A DNA stretch of 64,000 nt, taken from IMG/VR virus record IMGVR_UViG_3300026097_000010, positions 64,001 to 128,000 of that record, one strand, 5' to 3'. The position numbers and the translations under genes were made by a program. Shown here one piece after another: positions 48,201 to 56,728 of this stretch. Source of the stretch: a virus. Under the pieces are notes generated by a model that had not been told where the DNA came from, searched no databases, and saw nothing but the letters and a program-made list of their open reading frames with translations. Position 1 is the first letter of the stretch. Every line of letters begins with the position of its first letter.

Positions 48201-51200
48201 ATTCAACCAAATACCCGGAGTAATCATTACAGATATCGAATTGACCGCAAATTCAACTGCATTAATATTTTTGAATAAAGAAAGCGGTTTAGAAATTGGT
48301 AGCTATATTGGTATTAAAAATATAACAAATCTTTCAGGCTTTTTTGAAATTGTAGATAAGTTTGTAGAAAGAAGTGAAGTTTTGCTAACACATATTATAG
48401 AAATATCTATTCCTGAAGGCACCCAGACGCCGGAATTTGAAGGAAGCACTGTAAATAATTTGTATACATTAACTGATGCTAGATTCGATGCATATGACAA
48501 TTTAGATCCTCAGTTATCGGCATTGCTAGATGAAAATAGCAAGTTATGGGTCGATAACAATGGAAATGATCTCTGGGAAGTTGTTGAAAAGAAAAAACAA
48601 TTTATATCTAAAAAGATAGAAAATTTTGGATTAATCGACCCTAGCAAAGTAGGAAGTAAAGTAGTTTATAATTCCACTTTAAATCAGACACTAACTGCCA
48701 TTCCAGATCCAGGATTTGTAATTGCATATACCGAAGCCCCAGAGTTTTTATCAGTAAGACAAATATTATCTCCTCCAGATTTTCTGCAAAGCACAGTAAC
48801 AGGACTCTTCGGCGAAGAAATATCAGTCAGTCCTGATGGAAAATGGCTTGCTGTAGGATCACCTCTTGCCAGCGGCGTCGGAAGTTATTATAAAGGATTG
48901 TTTAATCCTACCATTACATATAACCCTCTAGATATAGTATTATATGAAGGAAAATTATGGAGAGCAACCCAGCAGTATGACAGAGATCTTCTTGCCAGTT
49001 TAGACGACTCAACTTGGATAGCACCAGGAACAGAAGGTTGGGAACCTGCTACTATCGTGGAAGCGGTCAACAATCCTTCAGCTGAAGGACACACCGAGCA
49101 AGGAGTTGTTACGTTATATGAATTTGCAAATAATCAATGGTCACGAAGAATAAGCGTAGTTAGTCCAAGACCTAATAATAGAGAAAAATTCGGATCATCT
49201 ATCAGCATAGGTGTTGCAGACGGAATATATTATATGGCTGTCTCTGCACCAGGTGCCGCAGAAAATAGAGGAAGAGTATATCTGTACATTTTTGAAAACT
49301 CAGAATGGAAACATATCGAAAATGTAAAATACAGAGGAATTTATGACGACGAAGCATCTGTCTACTATGCAGGAGACATTGTTTGGTACAATGGAAATCT
49401 TTATGAGTGTCTCGACAATTCAACAACCTATGTTGATGTTAAAGATACCGGCGACTTATCATCTACAGGAAATTGGGTCAAATTAAACAATGTTGCTACA
49501 CAGAACTCTTTACCTCAAAGTGTATCTGTGGAAGATGATGGTTCGACTTTGCAAAGTGGTATACTTAATCCTATCCAAATGGCCGAACTAATAAAGGTAG
49601 GAGATCAATTTGGATCCAGTGTAGCAATGAATTACGATGCTAGTATTTTAGTAGTCGGCGCTCCGTTCTCTGATGATCAATATTTTCCTAACTATAAAGG
49701 AGTTTGGCGCCCGGATTACGAGTACACTCAAAACGACACTGTTAGACACAAAGGTAATTATTATCAGTTAGCTAACATAGGCGAAACCGCAGTTGCTTTA
49801 GATTCTACCATTACTAGTTACAATCAAGAACCTGTCGGAGAACCATGGATAGAAATTGGCGATAGTTCGACAGATCCGACCGGAAAAGTTTTTGTCTATC
49901 AACGATCATTGCTTGGTACATACGAGCTCAAACAAACCGTTTCCGCAGATAATTTTATAAACCAAAGCGGAACAGCTATATCTATTAACACAGGTGACGA
50001 GTTTGGATCGTCGGTTGATATAGATTTTTCAGGAACAACGATAGTTGCATCAAGTCCTAAGTCGGATATTGAATTTTCAAATCAAGGGTCTGCATATATT
50101 CTAAGAACCGATTCTGTAATCTTGCCCGAATACAAGCTAGTTCAAAAAATACAAAGTTATGAAAAATATCCAAATGAATTTTTCGGATTTAATGTTAGTA
50201 TAAGTCCAAATACCTCTAAAATTGCAATAGGTGCAAACAATGCACAATTTAGTTCTCCTATAAGATTTGATTCAAGCTCTACTACATTCGACGAAGGCAG
50301 ATCGTTATTTTATAGTTCTAGAGGATTTGTTGGAGCTGTATATGTTTACGAATTAAAAGATGATATCTATTTTTTAACAGAAAAACTTGAAGCTGATTTC
50401 CAAGTAGGCGAGTCTTTTGGATACAGTGTTGATTGTGACGATTCAGTGGTTGTTGTCGGGTCCCCCTTCTATAAAACAACTGGTATGGTTAGAACATTTA
50501 GAAAAGATCCAACAAAGAACAGTTGGGAAATTTTAGCTCAACAAACTCCTGTAACTCAAATAGAAAAAGTTAAAAGTATTGCATTGTATGATAACATAAA
50601 CAATATTAAAATTCAAGATCTTGATTATGTCGATCCTGCAAAATTAAAAATTTTAAACGAAGCCGAACAAGAATTAAAATTCAAAACACCTTACGACCCA
50701 GCGGTATATTCAATAGGCACCGAAACTGTGGTAGTTGATTCAGACATCGCATGGACTACAAAAAATGTCGGCGAGCTGTGGTGGGATTTAAGTACAGCAA
50801 AATGGATATACTACGAGCAAGGCGATACAGCCTATAGAACAGGAAATTGGGGAGTTCTTGCTGAAGGAGCAAGCATAGACGTGTACGAATGGGTTGAATC
50901 TTCGATCCTTCCGGCAGATTGGGCGATATTAGCAGACACCACAGAAGGTCTTGCCGAAGGTATAAGTGGACAGCCGTTGTATCCTGATAACTCTGTGTAT
51001 AGTATTAAAGAATTATACAATGTACAAACATTAGAACCTACAGAAACATTGTATTATTTCTGGGTAAGAAATAAAACAACAGTGCCTAATGATATGAACA
51101 ACAGAAGACTGTCAGCATCTTCGGTTGCAAATTTAATTTTAAATCCTTCAGCTAACAATACTTTTATAACATTGGCAGGGTCTGATAAATTATTGGCATA

Positions 51201-54200
51201 TAATTTTGAGACTGTGATTAATGAAGAAACAGCCCTGGTAAATTTAGATTTTTTCAACAAATTAGAAAAACAAAATGCGGTCCATAAAGAGTATCAATTA
51301 ATATCTGAAGGTATTGCAGACAGTTTACCTTCAGATCAATTAGAAGCAAAATGGATTGATAGCTTAATAGGTTACGACAAAGAAGGAAACAGGGTTCCGG
51401 ATACAAATTTACCATCTAAGCAAAAATACGGTTTAAATTTCAGACCTAGACAAAGTATGTTTGTAGATAGAATACCTCCTTTAAGAACGGCTATCATAAA
51501 CGTAAACCGTGTATTACAGAGAGAACCATTTGCCGACATCATAAATTTTGAAACTTTAAATTCGTTCGACGAAAAACCTAATGCAATTTTAAATTTGTAT
51601 GATGTTGCTGTTCAAACATTAATAGATTTAGAAACAGTAGGAACTGTAAGAATCAAACAAGCTGTACTAAGGGCCAACCTTATCGATGGCAGTATCGATA
51701 CTGTTGATATTTTAGATCCGGGATATGGATATAGAGTACCACCGCCTGTAGAATTTGAAGGAGATGGTACAGATGCAAAAGTATCTGTGGAATTAGATAA
51801 TCAAGGACGCATTGTTAATACGATTATCGAAAACCCAGGAAGAAAATACGCAAATATAACGACAAAAGTTAGAAATTTTTCTGTACTAGTAGAATCAGAT
51901 AGTACATTAAATGGTTTTTGGAGTATATATGCTTGGGACGATGTAAGAAAATCATTTTTTAGAAGCAGATCGCAATCATTCAACACCACTAGATATTGGG
52001 ATCTAGTTGACTGGTGGAAAGAAGGATATTCACCGACCACACGTATTGTAAAAGAAGTTAATTTAGCATTTGAAGAACAAACCATAAATGTAGAAATAGG
52101 CGATTTAATTAGAATTAAAGAATATGGTTCCGGCGGCTGGGCGGTATTTGAAAAAGTTTCTCAGTCTTCTGAGACTTTATTAGACAACTATACACTGGTC
52201 GGAAGACAGTTAGGTACTATAGAATTCAGTTCAACCTTGTATGATACATCTCAGTCCGGTATTGGATTTGATAATGTAAATTCTTTTGATACAGGATTAT
52301 ATGACATAGAAAATTCTAAGGAACTTAGAAATATTTTACAAACAATAAAAGAAGATATTTTTATAGGAGATTATAGTGCTGAGTGGAATAAACTATTTTT
52401 TACTTCGATTAGATATGCATTCGCAGAACAAACGTATGTAGATTGGGCATTTAAAACAAGTTTCTTAAATGCTGTACACAATGTCGGTTCTTTGAAGCAA
52501 AAAACAAACTATAAAAACGATAGTTTAGAAAGTTATAGAGATTATATAAATGAAGTTAAACCTTATAAAACGTCAATAAGAGAATATACAAGTAGATATA
52601 CGAGTCAGGAAAACACGCAAACTGCTGTTGGCGACTTTGATCTTCCTCCAGTATACTCCGAAATCGAAGGAAAAATTGTTTCTGTAAATCAATCGTTAGC
52701 ATTTATTGATCAATACCCGTGGAAGCTCTGGAAAGACAGCCAAGGATATTCTATCGAGTCTATACAAATTGCAGATCAAGGTACTGGATATAAGCAACCT
52801 CCGTCTGTTTTAATTCAAGGAGACGGTACAGGTGCAACCGCACAAGCATATATATCTAACGGAAAAGTAGTAGCAGTACGAATGATTAATGAAGGCATCG
52901 GTTACACTGTTGCAACCGTAACTTTAGTCGGAGGAAACGATAATGCGTCTACAACAGCAAAAGTTGTTCCAATTTTAGGTAAATCTAAATTTAGAACTCT
53001 AGATTTAACAGTAAAATTTGACAGATATACAAAGGAAGGGCTTTATACACAGTTTAATTATACACAAGAATTTATAGCAGATGGAAATTCTTCAGTGTTT
53101 AATTTAAATTATGCTCCTACTAGAGATAAAAGCAAAATTTCTGTAATACGTAATGACAACCCTGTTCTCGATGGAGAATATACAATATCTTTATTTTCGT
53201 CTGATACTGATTCGTACAGTTTGTTAAAAGGTAAAATAACATTCATAGAAGTTCCTAACAATGGCGATATAATATCAATTGAGTACGAAAAGAATGACGA
53301 ACTACTAGATTCAGTAAATCGAATTAACAAATATTATTCTCCGGTATCTGGTATGAAAGGTTCTGATATTAACCAATTAATGACAGGTATCGATTTCGGT
53401 GGAGTACAGGTTCAAGGAACTACTTTTGATGTTACAGGCGGCTGGGACGCATTACCATGGTTCACTGATAGTTGGGATAGCGTGGAAGTCTCTTCGGATT
53501 ATTATGTTGTAGCAGACGGTAGTACAACTGAAATAACGCTACCATATATTCCTTCAGAAGGACAAATAATTAACATCTATCTCAAGCGAAATACCACGGT
53601 AGAACCGAGATCGATTAATGATTTACAATATACTACTGAAATACCTGATAGTGCTACAATTCGAATTGACGATCCCGAGTATGGAACTCAAAATCAAACC
53701 AATGAAAATGCATTATTGCCTACATTTGTAGGAGACGGCTCGACTAGCACTATTGAAATTGGCACTTCTGTAAGAACCAGTACAGGCGATATCTTAATTT
53801 TCCGCCCTATCGAAAGTGATGGCTCGGTGACAATTACCGATCCTACAATTGTAGATACAAACATTCGCGGCGGCACTCTATCTGCAATGAACGGAGCTTA
53901 TTCGACAGCAACTGGATTAACAGCAGAAGAAATAGTTATCGACGGCGAAACGTTTATAAGTCCCGATCAAGTACCTGCTCCTGAAGAAAATATTCCGGGA
54001 CAGATACTTGATAGTGTTAGTATCAAAGTTTTTACTACAGACTCACAAGGAGCAGCTCCATTAAAATCAAAAATAAGCTATGGTGATAATTCTACGTCAG
54101 TGTTTGAAATAGGACAAACTATATTAGAAAATAGTTCAGTTATTGTTTACATAGACAAAGAACAACAAATCTTAGACACGGACTATTCAATAGACATAGA

Positions 54201-56052
54201 AAATAACAATGTAGTTTTTGCAGATCCGCCTGCCGCAGAAGAAGTTATTGAAATTGTTTCTTTAGGCATCGGCGGCATTTCTATTTTAGATTATCAAGAA
54301 TTTGTTGGCGACGGCAATACCAAGAACTTCTTTACCGGAGCAAGATTCGAAGATACAACTTCTACGGTTGTTATTGTGGACGGGGAAGAAATTAACATTG
54401 ATTTTATTAATGGTCTCGATGTCGGCGCAGATTCTGATATTACCGCAATTCAGTTTGTCAATAGCCCGCAAACTGGCAGTGTTATTAAAGTTATAGTATT
54501 AGCAGGATCTGTATCGAATCAGCAACTTGTTAGAGTTAATCAGCAAACCGAGTTATATGACGGTTCAACAAGATCATATGATCTTAACAACTTCGTTAAT
54601 TTAAACAGAGGAAGTGCATTATCTTCATTAATTGTTGAAGTGAATAATAGAGCATTGCAAGGTGTAGATACTCGATATTTTACTGTTAGTAACGAGTTCC
54701 TAGTGCCAAAAACTACTACAAACCAAGCAGGAGAGGTGATCGATACTTTTAACGAATGGGAATTTGAGATAGGTATTGATCCTGCAGAATCTGCAGGTGC
54801 AATTTTAACAGAGAATATCAGGGTTGAAGTTAACGGATCTACTCTTACTGGTGGACAAAACTTTGTTTACGATGGAATTAACAGAATCTTAATTTTCAGT
54901 GAATCGGTGTTATCGGAAGGCGATATATTAAAAATAGAAAATAATTTTAGAACAGAATACAATATATCTGGAAACATTTTAACTATAGATTCGGAATATA
55001 CTTTAACAGAAGGCGACGAAATAAAAATAACCTGGTTCAGCGAATATCCGTCTATGGAAATTTTATCAGATGAATACACTGGAGGAAAAGTTAATTTTGA
55101 ATTAAAGTATCAACCTATATCCTCAGATTTTGTTTGGGTATATAAAAACGGATTGAGACTGGCCCCTGAAGTTGATTATTCGGTAGACCAGCGAAATAAA
55201 ACAGTTTATTTAAAAGATCGCACCAGCGTAAACGATATAATTAAAATTATTTTATTTGGAACACAATCCTTTAAATTATCAAGTGCATACGAAATACACA
55301 AAGATATGTTTAATGTTTATCAATATAAGCGATACTCTCAAGGATCAGTTAAACTTGCAAAATCTCTAAATTATTATGATACTTCTATTGAAGTTACAAA
55401 TGGCGATTTACTAGGAGAACCTAATTTATCTAGAAATATACCCGGAGTAATTGAAATTAACCAAGAAAGAATTGAATATCTAGTTAAGTCGGGAAATATT
55501 TTATCTCAAATTAGAAGAGGAGCGACCGGAACCGCAATTAACGAAATTGTTGAATCGGGTGCAGGCATTATTGATCTAGGAGTTAATGAAAGTTTGCCAT
55601 ACGTTGAAGATCAAGAAAGATACGATTTCTTTAGTGACGGAAGCTCACAAGATATAGGACCGTTGCCGTTTACTCCGAATGCAACTGAAATCGATAACTG
55701 GTATAGAGATACTATTTCGGAAGACCATAAACAGTGCGACGATATTGAAGTATTTGTCGGCGGCCGTCGCTTGCGTAAAAACCCTATTAGAATATATGAT
55801 GAAAATTTAGGAGCCTCTAGTACGTCTGCCGATAAGACAGTTGAAGCAGAATTTAGTGTAACTGGTAATGATGCAGAAATAAGATTAACAGTCGCTCCGC
55901 CGGCCGGAACACGTATATCCGTAATACGGAAAGTTGGCAAAGTTTGGTATGATACAGGAGAAAATAGTGCAACTTCTGGAATAACTTTGCTTGAAAACGA
56001 ATCGTCGATAGCTAAATTCATTGCTCAGAAGTCAACGGATTTACCTGAATAA
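42271..56052 (+). CDS. Giant baseplate wedge/initiator protein (gp7-like, 4593 aa)
   Basis: Uninterrupted 13.8-kb ORF after gp6; LLPQVFQT N-terminus, LYQGFIREKGT and YINEVKPY wedge-type motifs; CBM-like and FG-GAP-like propeller inserts. Confidence 0.7.
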   Translation: MANRSYPKSNLPIRKTSELLPQVFQTDTNNKFLSGVVDPLVQPGVLDKTVGYIGRRYGKTFKGSEVYLDNDQTLRSRYQLEPGVTISEDGKINSFYDYLDFKNQLKFFGNDNDRDDKITSQEHYSWNPPINWDMFVNYREYYWMPLGPEPVSITGQTGSIVSTYKVMASTGTSWIFTPDGLTNNPSITLYRGQTYEFNVNSPDEGFTIRTNYDTGSLLFDPNKTYFSGDLAVFDEKLWRADTEISPLDGSTIDINSQDWTLIDSSVANSSLNYNQGIENNGVKNGKLTFTVPLDAPDILYYQSDVIPDRLGTFIIADIESNTFINVEREVIGKTTYKSSNDIELTNGLVVEFKGNVTPESYSKSRWLVEGVGNAITLTKFEDLVPPALAQDTPEVLFDNEGFDTQPFDDADQFPAEKDYIVISKNSKDLNPWSRYNRWFHRSVIEQSANFNNSSFSASEESRAKRPIIEFKPNTKLFNHGVVAKRTVDYIDTVTDDVFSQIEGSIGYSIDGEFLFEGARILIVADTDSLVNNKIYEVKFITHNGIRIINLQETEDSDSLLDESVLIRRGQLNAGLMYHFNGVAWIRSQQKTSVNQSPLFDAFDSNGVSFSDIETYPVSTFQGTKLLSYQIGTSINDSELGFSLSYLNIDNVGDIQFNWNWDIDNFQYTENQVTNTVKLNTGFYKIDSDFDNGWTQTDLTFTQPIIDSVILDTDTNEVELRTVQWENLTDSAIINFYLNGQRINNNYSRQGNKFLFQTTFSQNDVISIKIIDNIEPDQGYYEIPLGLEKNPLNQEITSFTLGQAIDHVESSLEFDREFVGSIPGSSNLRDLSNYQSKTTRFIKHGGVSALPIVFLCNKDQNLIKALKYAKQEYTRFKNNFIETATSLNFDGNTADFVDEIVNQLSKTKTVDSPFIDSDMIGSGAYTSLDYTVDDEGIKTFALSENFDLDTLSNRAVYVYLNDNQLLHGAEYTFDSTFGFITINKDLSRGDQLQIREYVSTTFSHIPSTPTSLGLFKKYTPSKFIDNTFLEPREVIIGHDGSLTPTYNDFRDDLILELEYRIYNNIKVNYDETVFDIDSVLGGYYQQGDFTKSDVDAIVSQEFLSWVSNTGVNYAINQYFDSENAFTYTYSNMTDPTGTQNLPGYWRGVYQWFYDTDRPHRSPWEMLGFSEKPTWWNDEYGPSPYTRGNLLLWEDIQQGIVRQGPRAGRYSRYARPTILNHIPVDDDGNLLDPLSSGLARDFTLVNNQGSFKLGDVAPVEHAWRSSSEWPYAVLIALSLLKPFDFITRCLDRSSVTTNLIGQVVTKNTGYFPTIKDIVVPEPTVRLTSGLINYMSSYLRSIGLSPGLLTDTIQNISVSLSSRLSGFVDKTQQKYLLDSKNPNSASGSIFIPPENYDIIFNVSSPIDTITYSGVILEKTSRGWIVRGYDNISPFFKFYQAVPNQRDPIIKVGGISETFVEWAPEQTYNNGSIVLYRNDYYRSLKTHVSGETLDTSLWNKLPNLPLVGAIEAQRRRNFNKLKLQQITYGHEFNTIQQVVDFLLGYEEYLKSTGFVFDNYDTENQVSQDWTTSCKEFMFWTKHNWAEGSIITLSPSATKIQITAPVGVVDNILDSFYEYSVFKGDGNPLDPKFIDVNRDFQSVTINTTNTNQGIYFLKLNYVLKEHVVVFDDRTVFNDVIYDKPTGYRQLRIKSRGFRTVDWDGDYTSPGFLFDNVNIESWQPFRDYSLGDIVSYRSNNWVARVSHPGNENFDDAQWSLLDSEPEKKLIPNFDYRINQFEDYFETGAEGVSEVQRQLARNTIGFQSRQYLNNLAEDTVTQYRLYQGFIREKGTNNALTKLFTKLSDDTEDTSLLLNEEWAFKVGEFGGTDQSSEVEFEIKINNFEINPQPLLVTSTLPTSNLDQNYRVTGDEFTISAIPFSTNIIPVSYNSEPVKTAGYVKLDQPEWTVRDRISLNNLDIDQIVENDHIWITFDTIDWDVVRFNQIPGVIITDIELTANSTALIFLNKESGLEIGSYIGIKNITNLSGFFEIVDKFVERSEVLLTHIIEISIPEGTQTPEFEGSTVNNLYTLTDARFDAYDNLDPQLSALLDENSKLWVDNNGNDLWEVVEKKKQFISKKIENFGLIDPSKVGSKVVYNSTLNQTLTAIPDPGFVIAYTEAPEFLSVRQILSPPDFLQSTVTGLFGEEISVSPDGKWLAVGSPLASGVGSYYKGLFNPTITYNPLDIVLYEGKLWRATQQYDRDLLASLDDSTWIAPGTEGWEPATIVEAVNNPSAEGHTEQGVVTLYEFANNQWSRRISVVSPRPNNREKFGSSISIGVADGIYYMAVSAPGAAENRGRVYLYIFENSEWKHIENVKYRGIYDDEASVYYAGDIVWYNGNLYECLDNSTTYVDVKDTGDLSSTGNWVKLNNVATQNSLPQSVSVEDDGSTLQSGILNPIQMAELIKVGDQFGSSVAMNYDASILVVGAPFSDDQYFPNYKGVWRPDYEYTQNDTVRHKGNYYQLANIGETAVALDSTITSYNQEPVGEPWIEIGDSSTDPTGKVFVYQRSLLGTYELKQTVSADNFINQSGTAISINTGDEFGSSVDIDFSGTTIVASSPKSDIEFSNQGSAYILRTDSVILPEYKLVQKIQSYEKYPNEFFGFNVSISPNTSKIAIGANNAQFSSPIRFDSSSTTFDEGRSLFYSSRGFVGAVYVYELKDDIYFLTEKLEADFQVGESFGYSVDCDDSVVVVGSPFYKTTGMVRTFRKDPTKNSWEILAQQTPVTQIEKVKSIALYDNINNIKIQDLDYVDPAKLKILNEAEQELKFKTPYDPAVYSIGTETVVVDSDIAWTTKNVGELWWDLSTAKWIYYEQGDTAYRTGNWGVLAEGASIDVYEWVESSILPADWAILADTTEGLAEGISGQPLYPDNSVYSIKELYNVQTLEPTETLYYFWVRNKTTVPNDMNNRRLSASSVANLILNPSANNTFITLAGSDKLLAYNFETVINEETALVNLDFFNKLEKQNAVHKEYQLISEGIADSLPSDQLEAKWIDSLIGYDKEGNRVPDTNLPSKQKYGLNFRPRQSMFVDRIPPLRTAIINVNRVLQREPFADIINFETLNSFDEKPNAILNLYDVAVQTLIDLETVGTVRIKQAVLRANLIDGSIDTVDILDPGYGYRVPPPVEFEGDGTDAKVSVELDNQGRIVNTIIENPGRKYANITTKVRNFSVLVESDSTLNGFWSIYAWDDVRKSFFRSRSQSFNTTRYWDLVDWWKEGYSPTTRIVKEVNLAFEEQTINVEIGDLIRIKEYGSGGWAVFEKVSQSSETLLDNYTLVGRQLGTIEFSSTLYDTSQSGIGFDNVNSFDTGLYDIENSKELRNILQTIKEDIFIGDYSAEWNKLFFTSIRYAFAEQTYVDWAFKTSFLNAVHNVGSLKQKTNYKNDSLESYRDYINEVKPYKTSIREYTSRYTSQENTQTAVGDFDLPPVYSEIEGKIVSVNQSLAFIDQYPWKLWKDSQGYSIESIQIADQGTGYKQPPSVLIQGDGTGATAQAYISNGKVVAVRMINEGIGYTVATVTLVGGNDNASTTAKVVPILGKSKFRTLDLTVKFDRYTKEGLYTQFNYTQEFIADGNSSVFNLNYAPTRDKSKISVIRNDNPVLDGEYTISLFSSDTDSYSLLKGKITFIEVPNNGDIISIEYEKNDELLDSVNRINKYYSPVSGMKGSDINQLMTGIDFGGVQVQGTTFDVTGGWDALPWFTDSWDSVEVSSDYYVVADGSTTEITLPYIPSEGQIINIYLKRNTTVEPRSINDLQYTTEIPDSATIRIDDPEYGTQNQTNENALLPTFVGDGSTSTIEIGTSVRTSTGDILIFRPIESDGSVTITDPTIVDTNIRGGTLSAMNGAYSTATGLTAEEIVIDGETFISPDQVPAPEENIPGQILDSVSIKVFTTDSQGAAPLKSKISYGDNSTSVFEIGQTILENSSVIVYIDKEQQILDTDYSIDIENNNVVFADPPAAEEVIEIVSLGIGGISILDYQEFVGDGNTKNFFTGARFEDTTSTVVIVDGEEINIDFINGLDVGADSDITAIQFVNSPQTGSVIKVIVLAGSVSNQQLVRVNQQTELYDGSTRSYDLNNFVNLNRGSALSSLIVEVNNRALQGVDTRYFTVSNEFLVPKTTTNQAGEVIDTFNEWEFEIGIDPAESAGAILTENIRVEVNGSTLTGGQNFVYDGINRILIFSESVLSEGDILKIENNFRTEYNISGNILTIDSEYTLTEGDEIKITWFSEYPSMEILSDEYTGGKVNFELKYQPISSDFVWVYKNGLRLAPEVDYSVDQRNKTVYLKDRTSVNDIIKIILFGTQSFKLSSAYEIHKDMFNVYQYKRYSQGSVKLAKSLNYYDTSIEVTNGDLLGEPNLSRNIPGVIEINQERIEYLVKSGNILSQIRRGATGTAINEIVESGAGIIDLGVNESLPYVEDQERYDFFSDGSSQDIGPLPFTPNATEIDNWYRDTISEDHKQCDDIEVFVGGRRLRKNPIRIYDENLGASSTSADKTVEAEFSVTGNDAEIRLTVAPPAGTRISVIRKVGKVWYDTGENSATSGITLLENESSIAKFIAQKSTDLPE

Positions 56053-56055
56053 ATA
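56049..56055 (+). promoter_or_regulatory. Late promoter ATAAATA overlapping the gp7-like stop codon
   Basis: GA-ATAAATA-CACT-ATG. Confidence 0.65.
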
Positions 56056-56059
56056 CACT

Positions 56060-56725
56060 ATGAAACCTAAAGAGACCAAGATGACAGATCAAGAAATTGA
56101 ACCAAAATCAGAAAGCAAAAGTCCTGATGAAAACAGCGGATTCCACGTCGAAGGACATATAAAAATATTCGACCCAAACACCGATGAAGTGTTTGTTGAT
56201 AAAAGAAATGCTATACATTATGAAAACATGAGTGTGGCAATGGTAAATTCTTTATCTAATCAAGGTCAAGGTTGGATATATGAAATGAGTTTTGGAAGTG
56301 GCGGTACCACTGTCGATCCTACAGGATTAATAACTTATCTCACTCCGAATACAGTTGGCAGAAATTCTAGTTTGTATAATCAAACATTTTCTAAAATAGT
56401 TGATCAAAACTCTATTGCCAATACTGATCCTGTAAGAAATAAAATGGAGATTCGACATATCAGTGGCGCATCTTATAGTGATATAGTAGTTAGTTGTATA
56501 TTAGATTATGGCGAACCATTGGAACAAGAAGCGTTTGATAATTCAGTTGACATGGATAGTGATTTTGTTTTTGACGAATTAGGTTTAAGATCATACGATC
56601 CTGCAGGAACAGGAGATTTGTTAACACATGTTATTTTTCACCCTGTTCAAAAATCTTTGAATAGGCTTTTGCAGATCGATTATACAATACGTGTTCAGAG
56701 TTTAACTGGTTTTACCGAGGTATAA
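56060..56725 (+). CDS. Baseplate/tail-associated protein
   Basis: EGHIKI.D...DKRNAIH, FDELGL, LLTHVIFHPVQKSLNR. Start is 56060 or 56081 rather than 56021. Confidence 0.7.
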   Translation: MKPKETKMTDQEIEPKSESKSPDENSGFHVEGHIKIFDPNTDEVFVDKRNAIHYENMSVAMVNSLSNQGQGWIYEMSFGSGGTTVDPTGLITYLTPNTVGRNSSLYNQTFSKIVDQNSIANTDPVRNKMEIRHISGASYSDIVVSCILDYGEPLEQEAFDNSVDMDSDFVFDELGLRSYDPAGTGDLLTHVIFHPVQKSLNRLLQIDYTIRVQSLTGFTEV

Positions 56726-56728
56726 TAA

